DNA from: an uncultured Candidatus Saccharibacteria bacterium
GTDB lineage: Bacteria; Patescibacteriota; Minisyncoccia; Phycocordibacterales; JBBTRF01
Assembly (NCBI GenBank): GCA_964602975.1
Contig: CAZRTH010000001.1
Coordinates: 70,303 to 134,302 of the forward strand
Direction: 5' to 3'
Length of the DNA: 64,000 bases
The notes under the pieces were generated by a model, which was not told the DNA's origin, ran no database searches, and saw only the letters and a list, made by a program, of their open reading frames with translations. Both the position numbers and the translations under genes were made by a program. Below are positions 48,879 to 58,384 of this stretch, one piece after another (the first letter of the stretch is position 1; each line of letters opens with the position of its first letter).

Positions 48879-50261
48879 TTACTCCAACTTCTCGCCAAAG
48901 TGAAGCGGCTTTGAGCCTTTCGGATATGTCGCCAATGGAAGCGATTTCCACACCCTGCGGACCGCGTCGACATGCTTCCAGCTTGCCTCGATTTCACCTC
49001 TCTCCACGAAACCCGCTTGCTCGCCGTGCAAGGCATCGTGATAGACCTTTTCGTATCCATCTGGTGACGCATGAGTGTGACCAAGATGCTCCTGAATCTG
49101 TTTCCACGAGAGTGCATCGGTCTTGCCACCAATATGAAATACCACTCGAGGAGCTGGCTGGAGGCAAAATTCCATGCGGTCGTCATTTTTGAAATATACC
49201 ACCGCTTCAGTGACCGAGGCATCTAGCGCCTTGCCTGCTGAGAGGATAAAGCTCACCCCTTTCCAGCGTGCAAGCTTCACGTGCGCTTCATACGAGAAAA
49301 AAGTTTCTGTTTGCGAACCGGTTTCGATCCCCTCTTCAGCCTCATACCCCTCATACTGCCCTCGGATGAGGCGAGGAAGTTTTCGGGAAAGTTTCGGGAG
49401 TGCCAGCTTCGAAAGCACCCGCTGGCGCTCCTTTCGAAAGGCCTTGGCATCTGGAGTGGCCGGCTTTTCCATGGCGATGAGGGCGAGCATCTGCAACAAA
49501 TGATTCTGTCCAACATCGCGCAAAGCTCCGACGTGGTCATAGAAGGTGCCGCGACCTTGAATATCAATCTTCTCAAAGAGGTGGAGCTCGATGTGGTCGA
49601 TGAAGTTCCTGTTCCATACATCTCTCAGCTTCGGCTCGGTGAAGTGCATTGTGAGCAGATCCCAAAGCGGCATCTTCATGAGATAGTGGTCGACGCGAAA
49701 GATCTGCTCTTCCTTGAAGATACGCGCGAGGAGAGCATTGATCTTCTTGGCGCTTTTAGCATCGATACCGATCGGCTTTTCGAGCAACACACGAGTCTTC
49801 CCTGGCCCATCGACACAGGAGATTTGCAGGCCTGATCGATCCATATTCTCGAGTACTGATTGATAGAAAAAAGGAGAAAGCGAGAGATGGAACAGTTTGT
49901 GGCTGCAGCGACCGAAAGCCGCGTCGATCTTTTCTAATACCGGCAGAAGGCCTTGATACGCTGTCAATTCGTCGAAGTAGCCTTGGTGATATCGAATGTG
50001 CGAAAGAAATCGGCGCAGTTTTTCCTGCACCTCATCGTGGTTTACCTCGTTGCTAGCAATTGCGGCAACACACCATTTTTCCACCAAGTCGGCGAAGGCT
50101 TGATCAGTGAAGGTGCGGCGAGCGAAACCGACGATGCAAAATGAATCATCCCGCAAATATCCATGTAGAAAAAGCCGGAACAGTGACGGGAAGAGTTTCT
50201 TCTCGGCGAGGTCGCCAGTGGCGCCAAATATAATAATGGTGACGGGAGCGTTGTGTTCCAT
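48879..50261 (-). CDS. zwf: Glucose-6-phosphate 1-dehydrogenase
   Basis: GATGDLA, EKPIG, RVDHYL.K, RDVGQNHLLQ, TETF. Confidence 0.93.
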   Translation of the reverse strand: MEHNAPVTIIIFGATGDLAEKKLFPSLFRLFLHGYLRDDSFCIVGFARRTFTDQAFADLVEKWCVAAIASNEVNHDEVQEKLRRFLSHIRYHQGYFDELTAYQGLLPVLEKIDAAFGRCSHKLFHLSLSPFFYQSVLENMDRSGLQISCVDGPGKTRVLLEKPIGIDAKSAKKINALLARIFKEEQIFRVDHYLMKMPLWDLLTMHFTEPKLRDVWNRNFIDHIELHLFEKIDIQGRGTFYDHVGALRDVGQNHLLQMLALIAMEKPATPDAKAFRKERQRVLSKLALPKLSRKLPRLIRGQYEGYEAEEGIETGSQTETFFSYEAHVKLARWKGVSFILSAGKALDASVTEAVVYFKNDDRMEFCLQPAPRVVFHIGGKTDALSWKQIQEHLGHTHASPDGYEKVYHDALHGEQAGFVERGEIEASWKHVDAVRRVWKSLPLATYPKGSKPLHFGEKLE

Positions 50262-50267
50262 GTCGGT

Positions 50268-50762
50268 CTAAAAAGCGGAAAAGAAAATGACGATAGCGGC
50301 GAGAGCGAGCTGGCTGGCGACGCCGATGATATGTTTCCCTTCGAGCCGGCGCGAGGTGTGAATCCAACGATGAAATGCCTGCAAGTGAGCGACCGGTTCT
50401 TTTGGGTACTTACTATACACGAATTGAAGAAGGTCGGGAAGGATGGCGGAGAGGGCGCCGACAAGCCAGATCCAAGAGCTGAATTGAGTGAGATCACCGT
50501 GGAGGAAGAAGGTGGCGGCGACGGCCAGGCCGAGGAGGCCGTCGCCGCCGATTCGCAATAGATCGAGGAGAAATAGCCGGTCAAAAACCAATTTTGAGGG
50601 CGTGTCCGGATTCGCCGATGCGGACAGGATACGATAATCCCAATGTGGCAGCGCGTCTAGCAAAAAATGGCTGGCGAAGGCGGAAATACCACCCAAGATC
50701 GGGTGGTTCGGAAGCGCGGCCGCGACGGCCGCGCCGACAACAGTGTGAGTAGCGAGGGTCAT
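50268..50762 (-). CDS. Membrane metal-binding hydrolase-like protein
   Basis: TH..VG, SHFLLDALPH, LPD, HRWIH with TM helices. Confidence 0.75.
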   Translation of the reverse strand: MTLATHTVVGAAVAAALPNHPILGGISAFASHFLLDALPHWDYRILSASANPDTPSKLVFDRLFLLDLLRIGGDGLLGLAVAATFFLHGDLTQFSSWIWLVGALSAILPDLLQFVYSKYPKEPVAHLQAFHRWIHTSRRLEGKHIIGVASQLALAAIVIFFSAF

Positions 50763-51232
50763 TTAAGATCAGGGTCCGGATCAGGCGTAAGTTCGTTGCG
50801 ACGTTCCGCATAGCCGCGAACCGACTTCACACTGAAGTAGAAAGCGGCAAGAAAACAGAGCGCGATCAAATGATCGGTATAGAACAGGAAATGTCGAACG
50901 CCGTCCATCATGCCATATTTCGAGTAGCCCAAGATCGAGTGAAATCCAAAAATGATGAGTCCGAGCAGCGAAATAAGGCTATCAAATATCAGGATCCATC
51001 GAGAATGCGGATTGGTATAACCCGCAGCAAAAGTGACGGCTACGATCGCCAACACCGAATACGCTACCGGAACAGCGGTCTCCGCCTTGAAGAACGGCAG
51101 TGTCGCCAGCATCACGAACGCGATGATAAAGAAGAAACGACGAATCGTGTGTCCAAAATAGTGAGGAACGGCATCTCGGTGCGGAGTGCCGAGCGTCCAC
51201 TTTTTTTCATCGTATGTTTCGTATTCAACCAT
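50759..51232 (-). CDS. 4-TM membrane protein
   Basis: Four hydrophobic segments. Overlaps the next gene by 4 nt. Confidence 0.75.
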   Translation of the reverse strand: MVEYETYDEKKWTLGTPHRDAVPHYFGHTIRRFFFIIAFVMLATLPFFKAETAVPVAYSVLAIVAVTFAAGYTNPHSRWILIFDSLISLLGLIIFGFHSILGYSKYGMMDGVRHFLFYTDHLIALCFLAAFYFSVKSVRGYAERRNELTPDPDPDLK

Positions 51233-51253
51233 GGGATTGCAATGATATATCGA

Positions 51254-51643
51254 TCACACACCAAGCACCTTGCCCACCTCCTCCATGATCTCGTCCGGAG
51301 TCAATAGCGCCTTGACCAAAAATTTCTTCGCGCCAAGCTCGGCGCCTTTCTCGATATCGCTCTTTTGGTTGAGATTGGAGAGGAGAATGACGGGGATCGC
51401 CTTAGTATCCGGATTGGATTTCACCTGTTTGAGGATGTCGAAGCCGTTGAGGCCCGGCAATAAAACATCGAGTACGATCAGGTGCGGCTTTTCGGTCTGC
51501 AATAACGAAAAGACTTCCTCGCTATTTTTCGCATGTAAGAGCGTCGGTTCATATTTCACCAGCTTCTTGGCCATCAAGTCGCTCAAAAACAGATCATCCT
51601 CCACCCACAAGATCTTCTTCCCGACGAGCGCTTTTTCTTTCAT
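51254..51643 (-). CDS. Single-domain response regulator
   Basis: WVEDD, LDVLLPG.NGF, ILLSN, LVK. Confidence 0.93.
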   Translation of the reverse strand: MKEKALVGKKILWVEDDLFLSDLMAKKLVKYEPTLLHAKNSEEVFSLLQTEKPHLIVLDVLLPGLNGFDILKQVKSNPDTKAIPVILLSNLNQKSDIEKGAELGAKKFLVKALLTPDEIMEEVGKVLGV

Positions 51644-51655
51644 ATAGCTATTGTA

Positions 51656-52909
51656 TTACTTCTTTAATGGTAATTCAACCGTAAAGGTCGTTCCCGCATT
51701 CTCGCGCGTGACAAAGGAGATCTTGCCGCCATGATCCTCGACAATGCGCTTCACAATAAAGAGGCCGAGGCCGGTGCCGCCATTTTCAGCCTTGATCGCA
51801 TTTCGCGCTCGGAAAAATCGATGGAACACCTGCCCGACCTGCTCTTCAGGAATGCCGATCCCTTGATCGGCAATATTCACTCGCAATATCTGCCCAGCGA
51901 TCTCCGTAGTGATCGCCACAGTGTTGCCGGCCCTGCTGTATTTGATCGAGTTGTCGATCAAGTTTTGCAAAGCGGAATGTAAACGCTCCGCATCGGCCTG
52001 TATTGGCGGAAGCTGATGATGGTCATAGGTCAACGTGATCTCCCTTTTCTTGGCAAAGGCGGCGAGTTCATCTATTGCGTCCTGAATAACCTCGTCGATC
52101 CGTACCGAACTGAACGAATAGTGCAACTGCCCTGCCTCAACGCTGTTTGCATCCAACAGATCCCCCACCAACTTGATCATGTGATCGTTGGTCTCCGCCG
52201 TCTTCTTTATATACTGCTTCTGCTCGTCGGTGAGCGGCCCAATATCACCGGAGAGTAACAGACTGAGGGTCCATTTGATCGCCGACAGCGGGGTACGAAG
52301 CTGATGAGCCACCACGGAAATGAAATCAGACTTTGCTTGATCGAGCCCTTTCAGCTCATTGTTCGCCTGCTGCAACGATTCGCCCTGTGCTTTCAAGACT
52401 CTCTCGGTCTTGACTTTCTCGTCGAGCAATTTCTGCAGACTTTCGGTTCTTTGCGCCACCCGAAACTCGAGTTCGTCATTCATTTTCTCAAGCTCCCAAG
52501 TTTGGTCTTTGACTCGACGAGCAAGGTCAGCTTTTGAGAGCAAGCGCAGACGTTCTTCTTCCAAATATCCATTCGGCAACAACGCCACCACGCTTGCCAT
52601 TCCCTGCCCGTCTGGATGCAATTTCTCGAGATCGGTGAAGATACGAAGCAGATGCTGGGTCACTTTTTTGCGGCCAATACTATCCTCGAGTTGGTCCACT
52701 AATGCACGGACAAAGATGCCAACATGTTGTTCGTGCGGTGCGCCGAGACCGCAGGTGACGCGACCCTTGCGATCCACCGAGAGATCGTCTTCAGTATAAA
52801 AACGAGAGAGCACTTCCGACACTCGGCGCGCCCCGATCTGGTTCGCGGCAAGAGCGACCACCGCATCGCCAAACTCGTGGGCTAGGCGAGGAGGAATGTC
52901 TGAGTTCAT
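51656..52909 (-). CDS. Cytoplasmic sensor histidine kinase
   Basis: AHQLRTP, NLIDNSIKY, DQGIG, GTGLGL. No TM segment. Confidence 0.92.
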   Translation of the reverse strand: MNSDIPPRLAHEFGDAVVALAANQIGARRVSEVLSRFYTEDDLSVDRKGRVTCGLGAPHEQHVGIFVRALVDQLEDSIGRKKVTQHLLRIFTDLEKLHPDGQGMASVVALLPNGYLEEERLRLLSKADLARRVKDQTWELEKMNDELEFRVAQRTESLQKLLDEKVKTERVLKAQGESLQQANNELKGLDQAKSDFISVVAHQLRTPLSAIKWTLSLLLSGDIGPLTDEQKQYIKKTAETNDHMIKLVGDLLDANSVEAGQLHYSFSSVRIDEVIQDAIDELAAFAKKREITLTYDHHQLPPIQADAERLHSALQNLIDNSIKYSRAGNTVAITTEIAGQILRVNIADQGIGIPEEQVGQVFHRFFRARNAIKAENGGTGLGLFIVKRIVEDHGGKISFVTRENAGTTFTVELPLKK

Positions 52910-52918
52910 AATTCAAAA

Positions 52919-53812
52919 TTATACCACAGCCGTTTTGGCGCACGCTAGGCAGAACGCATCGCCATTGGCCTCGGAACAGCCGGCGCAGATGATGAGATGG
53001 TCGTGGCATGCGAGATTTTTGCAATTCACATAGCGCTCCGAAGGCGCCTCGCATCGGCCGCAACGGCCGATCACTTTGTGCGCCTTCGGATCATCGAAAT
53101 GCATCACTATGCGTCCGTCGAAGACATAGAGAGCGCCTTCAAAATCTTTTCCCGGAAACTTTTCCATGTATGAAACAATGCCGCCATCGAGCTGATATAC
53201 ATCCTTGAAACCCTTTTTGAGCAAATATCCCGAGGCTTTTTCACAACGCACGCCACCAGTGCAGACAGTCAGTACTGGTTTCTCCTTGAGACTAGCGATC
53301 TCTTCAGCCACTTTTGGCAGATCTCGAAAATTGCTCATTTTTGGAATATGAGCGCCTTTGAAATGTCCGACAGAATGCTCGTAGTTGTTGCGCATGTCGA
53401 CGATGGAAAAATCCTTTCCTTGTTCAAACCACTGGCGCAATGTTTCCGGAGAAAGGTGCGGTGCGGTGAGCTCAACAGGGTTCACATCGCCGGTCTTTGG
53501 ATCGAGATCGTCCAAGTGCGCGCTCACTATCTCCTTTCGCGCCTTCACGGAGAGACGCGGAAAGGCAGTGCCGTCGGGAGTACCCGTGCTTCGCTTCCAA
53601 TGGATGTCAGCGAAGCGCGGATCCTTCTTCATTTCGGCCACATAGGCTTCAGCGTCCTCAACAAGGCCCTCCACGGTACCATTGATCCCCTCTTCAGCCA
53701 CGATGATCCGACCCTTCAGACCCAATTTCTCACAAAGCTCCCTCTGCGCCGTCATGAAGATCTTTGGCTCAGCAATATGAACGTATTTGTAATAGAGAAG
53801 AATAGCGTACAT
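52919..53812 (-). CDS. trhO: tRNA uridine(34) hydroxylase (rhodanese, YceA family)
   Basis: LLYYKY, GRIIVA.EGINGT, DMRNNYE..GHF, CTGGVRCEKA, L.GGI..Y, LYVFDGR. Confidence 0.9.
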   Translation of the reverse strand: MYAILLYYKYVHIAEPKIFMTAQRELCEKLGLKGRIIVAEEGINGTVEGLVEDAEAYVAEMKKDPRFADIHWKRSTGTPDGTAFPRLSVKARKEIVSAHLDDLDPKTGDVNPVELTAPHLSPETLRQWFEQGKDFSIVDMRNNYEHSVGHFKGAHIPKMSNFRDLPKVAEEIASLKEKPVLTVCTGGVRCEKASGYLLKKGFKDVYQLDGGIVSYMEKFPGKDFEGALYVFDGRIVMHFDDPKAHKVIGRCGRCEAPSERYVNCKNLACHDHLIICAGCSEANGDAFCLACAKTAVV

Positions 53813-53949
53813 GAAAAATGCAAAAATATCTCGAAAGTAACCTCTATTGTATATCACGCAGCGCACAAAAAGAAAACGCCCGTCGCATCGAAATGCGAAG
53901 AGCGCGTGAAATGACCGACGAATAACGACGGATGACGAAGGACAGACGC

Positions 53950-54669
53950 TCACCCAACAACAGCTCCAGTGCCGGCGGCGGCGGGGCGGACCTGCCATCT
54001 CGGCTGATGCCAAGGGCGTTTCTCGGCGGGAGTTGCGGCGAGCCGAGTGCGAAAATTGATCGCCCGCTGCAATGCCTGAAAGGTCGCAGCGAGGCGCTCG
54101 TCACCATCCACATCGTTGGAGATGGAAGCATCGCACTCATGGATGCACTTGAGCTCGGTCTCTGCCGTGGCCAGACGAGTCTCGAGTTCAGCAGGGTCGA
54201 TCGGCTTCCCTTTTGCGGCGGCGCGAGCGATAAGGCGTCGGCGAATGGTCGGCAGGCTGGCGTAAATGAACACCGACAGCAGAGCGTTTCGCACCAATTC
54301 TTCACGGTGGGCTTTGATCTGGCGCAGGCCCTGAATGTCGATCGCCAGGATCACGTTCTTGCCAGTGGCTAAACTACTGAGCACTGACTCCTTTGGTGTG
54401 CCGTAAAGATTGCCGTGCACAGTAGCGTGCTCGAGGAAGAAACCCTCCCTTTCTCGGCGAAGAAAAAGTTCGCGCGTGACGAAGAAGTAGTCGATTCCGT
54501 CTTTTTCACCCGGCCGCGGGTCGCGTGTGGTGAGGGTGACCTTACGTTGACCGTGTCCGGCCTGAACCATCATCTCAGCGAGCGTCGTCTTGCCGGCAGC
54601 AGTCGGAGCGACGAGGACTTTCAATTTTCCACTCTGGTGCAGATGTGAAGCGGTGCTGAAGCTTGCCAT
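53950..54669 (-). CDS. gmk: Guanylate kinase
   Basis: APTAAGKTT, TTRDPRPGE.DG.DYFF, YGTP, IDIQG. Confidence 0.9.
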   Translation of the reverse strand: MASFSTASHLHQSGKLKVLVAPTAAGKTTLAEMMVQAGHGQRKVTLTTRDPRPGEKDGIDYFFVTRELFLRREREGFFLEHATVHGNLYGTPKESVLSSLATGKNVILAIDIQGLRQIKAHREELVRNALLSVFIYASLPTIRRRLIARAAAKGKPIDPAELETRLATAETELKCIHECDASISNDVDGDERLAATFQALQRAINFRTRLAATPAEKRPWHQPRWQVRPAAAGTGAVVG

Positions 54670-54803
54670 AAGGAGACTTTCATTCCGTCAATTTGGATCT
54701 CAAAGAACCCGCCCCCGACATCCGGAGGTAAATGTTTTATACAGTAAAAAACGCGCCAGGGCAAGCGGTTGACGAAAGAGTGAAAGACACACAAAATGGA
54801 TAC

Positions 54804-55481
54804 ATGCATACGTTCGAAGTCGAAGTTAAGGCCCTTTTAGGAACAAATGAAGCAGCTGAGGAACTCATCAAAGGCATGCGCGCTTCAGATCCCGAGTTCA
54901 AAGAGCTTGGGAGACATCGCCAACTCAACCATTATTTTATCGGAAATGACCTCGCGTCACTTTCTCAAAAACTCAGTGGCCATGGAGAACCTTCAAAAAA
55001 CAGTTTGCTGAAAGATCTTGTTCCTCGTGCGCACAATTGTTCGGTGCGTACACGGCTGGCAGACAAGGACGCGATTTTGGTGATCAAAGCATCGGTTGAT
55101 GACACCAGTAGCGCGAACGGCACAGCCCGCATGGAAATTGAGGCTAAGACTCCAAACTTAAGCCTAGAGCAGCTCGATCAGTTGGTACTTGCGTCGGGGT
55201 TTGCCTATCAGGCCAAATGGTCTCGCGAGAGAAGAGAATTTTTGTACCGTGGACTGAATGTCAGTATTGATAAAAATGCCGGTTACGGTTTCCTCGCTGA
55301 ATTCGAGATGATAGTAAATGATCCCACAAAGATCGATTCAGCAAAAGACCTTCTGCGATCCACTCTGAAAGAACTAGCAATATCAGAGCTGCCGCAAGAT
55401 CGGCTCGAGCGAATGTTTGCCCACTACAACAAGAATTGGCAGACATATTACGGTACCGAGAAGACTTTTATTGTTGACTAG
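54804..55481 (+). CDS. CYTH (triphosphate tunnel) domain protein
   Basis: N-terminal EVEVK, QLNHYF, R.R..E, IDKN.GYG.LAEFE. Confidence 0.8.
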   Translation: MHTFEVEVKALLGTNEAAEELIKGMRASDPEFKELGRHRQLNHYFIGNDLASLSQKLSGHGEPSKNSLLKDLVPRAHNCSVRTRLADKDAILVIKASVDDTSSANGTARMEIEAKTPNLSLEQLDQLVLASGFAYQAKWSRERREFLYRGLNVSIDKNAGYGFLAEFEMIVNDPTKIDSAKDLLRSTLKELAISELPQDRLERMFAHYNKNWQTYYGTEKTFIVD

Positions 55482-55491
55482 GAATCATCGA

Positions 55492-55974
55492 TTACAACTT
55501 TTTCACCTCCCTCAACTCCTGCTTCAAGATCTTCGCGGAATATTCGGCATTGGAGGGTCGGTCGAAAAGAAATTTGCCTCGGAACTTTTGTCCGGCGAGG
55601 AAAAACGGAAACCAGTGGATATCGTCAGACCACATTTGTTCAAAAGGGATATGGTCGACATGGAACCATTGCGGCTTCATTTCTTCGGTCTCGATCGGTT
55701 CGCCTCTGAATTCTGTGACGCGAAAAATATGGACCTCGAGTACGGCCGGATCGCTCTCAAACGAAAACTCGAGTATCCCCTGCTTCTCCATTTTCACCGC
55801 CTCAATTCCAACTTCCTCTTTTAGCTCGCGCGTCGCGGCTTGCTCAAGTGTCTCTCCCTTCTCAATTTTTCCACCAAAACCATTCCATCGTCCCACGCCA
55901 AAACGCCGCTTTTTCATGCCAAGAAGCACTTTTGGATGCTGATAGATCATGCAAAGCGTGAGCGGGATCTTCAT
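55492..55974 (-). CDS. MTH1-like oxidised-purine dNTP NUDIX hydrolase
   Basis: LLGMKKR.FG.GRWNGFGGK...ATRELKEEVG, EEMKPQWF, MWSDD. Confidence 0.92.
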   Translation of the reverse strand: MKIPLTLCMIYQHPKVLLGMKKRRFGVGRWNGFGGKIEKGETLEQAATRELKEEVGIEAVKMEKQGILEFSFESDPAVLEVHIFRVTEFRGEPIETEEMKPQWFHVDHIPFEQMWSDDIHWFPFFLAGQKFRGKFLFDRPSNAEYSAKILKQELREVKKL

Positions 55975-56025
55975 GTCTTTTATTCTATCAGAGCGACGAA
56001 AAATCCGCTCGTGCGGATTTTGTTG

Positions 56026-56098
56026 TGGACCCTACAGGACTCGAACCTGCCACCCCCTCATTGCAAATGAGGTGCTCTACCAGATGAGCTAAGGGCCC
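56026..56098 (-). tRNA. tRNA-Ala(TGC), CCA not encoded
   Basis: GGGCCCTTAGCTCATCTGGTAGAGCACCTCA-TT-TGC-AA-TGAGG...GGTTCGAGTCC...GGGTCCA, with G3:U70. Confidence 0.97.
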
Positions 56099-56218
56099 GT
56101 CTTTCCGACCGTCGCATCATACCAAAAAGAACCTAAAAAAACAACGGGGTAGACACTAAAGTAATATTCACAGAAATCATGTACAAAAAGCTAATAAAGT
56201 TGTATGGTGGAGACATAA

Positions 56219-57187
56219 ATGAAATCAATTAATAAAGTTTTTTTCAGCATTATTAGTTTATCAATATTTGCACTTCTGCTTTCTCTTACAAACACGGCAG
56301 ACGCTTATGTCTCTGTTAAAGGTTATTATAAAAGTAACGGTACTTACGTTTCTCCACACGTTCGAAGTAACCCAAATGGACTAAAGTCTGATAACTACAG
56401 TTACACTCCGAGTCAAGGCGCATACAATAAGACATACGGAACAAGAGGTGCGGAATGGGATACCCCGACCTATATAACAGATCCAAGTTACTACCAAGGA
56501 AAGTCTTTATACGAGTCTGGAAATAGTAATTCTGGAACCTACTATCAATACCCGACGACTCCGACTTGCCCGATAAATTCGTACTACGATGGTGTATCTT
56601 CTTGTAAGTGTAATTATGGTTATATTGTAAGTGGAGGTAGTTGTGTTAATGCTAATAATTATTGCTCGAGTCAGCTTGGGGTAATGTCCCAATACAACAG
56701 TTTATCCAATAAGTGTGAGTGTATGAGTGGCTACGAGCAAAGTGGTTCAACTTGTGTTTATAAGATTCGAGACTACTCAAATTCCTCTGGATATTCGAGT
56801 ATGCCCTCTTACAACTGCCCATTAAATTCGCACACATCACCAACTGAGCCAACGAAGTGTGATTGTGATTCCGGATATCAAGTTAATTCAAGCAAGACGG
56901 CCTGCGTTCTCCTAAACAATAATGTGAATAATCAAGCTTGCATCAACTCATATGGCGCCCATAGTAATTGGGATGGTACAAAAACGCCTACAGGTTTAAT
57001 AAATTGCGTCTGTCAGGCAGGGTATACTTGGAATAATTCAAAGAGTGCCTGCGTTGCAATCATACCTCAACCACAATATCAAAATGACGAACTCATTGGA
57101 AAAAATTATTACTTAAATAATCGTACCTGTGTAGGTCTTTCTGATAATCAATACTCATACTGTATTAGCTACGCATACAACCACTAA
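56219..57187 (+). CDS. Secreted Cys-rich (EGF-like repeat) protein
   Basis: Signal peptide, VKGYYKSNGTYVSPHVR motif, repeated C..NS...C.C..GY. AT-rich DNA. Confidence 0.8.
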   Translation: MKSINKVFFSIISLSIFALLLSLTNTADAYVSVKGYYKSNGTYVSPHVRSNPNGLKSDNYSYTPSQGAYNKTYGTRGAEWDTPTYITDPSYYQGKSLYESGNSNSGTYYQYPTTPTCPINSYYDGVSSCKCNYGYIVSGGSCVNANNYCSSQLGVMSQYNSLSNKCECMSGYEQSGSTCVYKIRDYSNSSGYSSMPSYNCPLNSHTSPTEPTKCDCDSGYQVNSSKTACVLLNNNVNNQACINSYGAHSNWDGTKTPTGLINCVCQAGYTWNNSKSACVAIIPQPQYQNDELIGKNYYLNNRTCVGLSDNQYSYCISYAYNH

Positions 57188-57191
57188 CCCA

Positions 57192-57223
57192 CTCCCCCTC
57201 GCCAATTCTACCAAACGTTCAAC
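57192..57223. repeat. Direct repeat of the ddl 3' end
   Basis: 29/32 nt identical to 58389-58420. Confidence 0.85.
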
Positions 57224-57340
57224 TGCAATAAAATCCGAAAGCGAATAATACTTCGTTCCAAGCGAACAATCTACCTTGCGTGCAATACTCTGGATCATTA
57301 TGATTTTAGCGGAGTAAAATTGCCTAGGAAAATCTCCTCC

Positions 57341-57478
57341 TTATCTTCTCTTCTGTCGCTTGAAAAACTCAACCTGCCTCAAACGCTTCACTGCAGCCTC
57401 CCGACTTTTATACGGTCCGCCTAGATTTTTTCCCGTCTTTGATAAAACAAGATACCCATTTTTGCGTTTTCTGATCAT
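57341..57478 (-). CDS. Small basic protein, 45 aa (below the ORF track cut-off)
   Basis: Manual translation MIRKRKNGYLVLSKTGKNLGGPYKSREAAVKRLRQVEFFKRQKRR. Third gene of the hsp20 cluster. Confidence 0.7.
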   Translation of the reverse strand: MIRKRKNGYLVLSKTGKNLGGPYKSREAAVKRLRQVEFFKRQKRR

Positions 57479-57491
57479 GTGCTTGATCTAT

Positions 57492-57896
57492 TTATTTTCT
57501 GCGTCGCGCTCCCTGCGCCTTGCGAATATTCCGCTTTCGAGCCCGCTTCTGAGCTCTCGTTGGCTTCTCGCTCTCGGGAACATTTCTCCGTGGCCTAGCT
57601 GCAAATACATCGCCCTTTCTGTGTACGATCGGACCTCGGACCTGTTTCAATACCGTCTTGGCCTTGGGATCATCGATCACCAATTTCCCCCGAGTATCAA
57701 CATGTGCTTTCTTTTTTTCCACGAGCCAAGTGACCGTATCCCAGCTACCGCTCCTACGCTTCCCCGCAATACGCTCGAGCCCGTCGCGCTCTCCGACATC
57801 TTGCGTCCTAAAAGTCACGAATTCGCTCTTCGGCCTGATCTCGATCCGATAGAATCGCCCTTTGCCACCGGTACCCGGTTTCTTTCTTGTTGCCAT
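57492..57896 (-). CDS. Highly basic hypothetical protein
   Basis: KKPGTGGKG.FYRIE.RPK..F..FRTQDVG..., C-terminal KPT.AQ.RA...NIRKAQ. Confidence 0.8.
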   Translation of the reverse strand: MATRKKPGTGGKGRFYRIEIRPKSEFVTFRTQDVGERDGLERIAGKRRSGSWDTVTWLVEKKKAHVDTRGKLVIDDPKAKTVLKQVRGPIVHRKGDVFAARPRRNVPESEKPTRAQKRARKRNIRKAQGARRRK

Positions 57897-57901
57897 AGGT
57901 A

Positions 57902-58306
57902 TTATTTTTTAGTTTTAACCTTACCTCTTTTCTCACCTTCGACCTTCGGGAGAGTGATAGTGAGCACGCCATCTTTGCAAGTCGCCTTCACCTGGTCTTC
58001 TTTGACACGATCCGGTAGTGTGAATTCCCGTCGAAATTCGCCGAAGAATCGCTCATATCGATACGGCCTCGTGCTTTTGTCGGTCTCCACTTCTCGCTCG
58101 GACTTGCCGCTGATCGTCATCCAATTGTCCTGAACATCAATATTGATATCTTCAGGGTTGATGCCCGGCACATTGGCTACAACTTTTACTTCCGTATCGG
58201 TTTCGCTCACGTCGACTCGCGGAACATCGTCTTCAAATTCATCCAAAAAGATCTCCCGCTCTGGTTTGACGATTGCTCTGATGCTTTTTTTCTTTTCTTT
58301 TTTCAT
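57902..58306 (-). CDS. Hsp20/alpha-crystallin small heat-shock protein
   Basis: PRVDVSET, VPGI, ERFFGEFRREFTLP, DGVLTITLPK. Confidence 0.93.
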   Translation of the reverse strand: MKKEKKKSIRAIVKPEREIFLDEFEDDVPRVDVSETDTEVKVVANVPGINPEDINIDVQDNWMTISGKSEREVETDKSTRPYRYERFFGEFRREFTLPDRVKEDQVKATCKDGVLTITLPKVEGEKRGKVKTKK

Positions 58307-58384
58307 GTTGTTTTTTGATTAGTGAAATATAAAAAATGAGGATACATATCCTCTGCTTTAGACGATTTGAATTGTAGATACTTA

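Noticed and set aside
54804-55481. CYTH protein as the missing cyclase for the Cap15-like gene
   Set aside because: It is 34 kb away and CYTH enzymes are mostly triphosphatases. No supporting link.
56026-58384. tRNA-Ala-targeted genomic island
   Set aside because: The AT-rich genes lie 5' of the tRNA and no tRNA 3' duplication is seen. The repeat found is of ddl.
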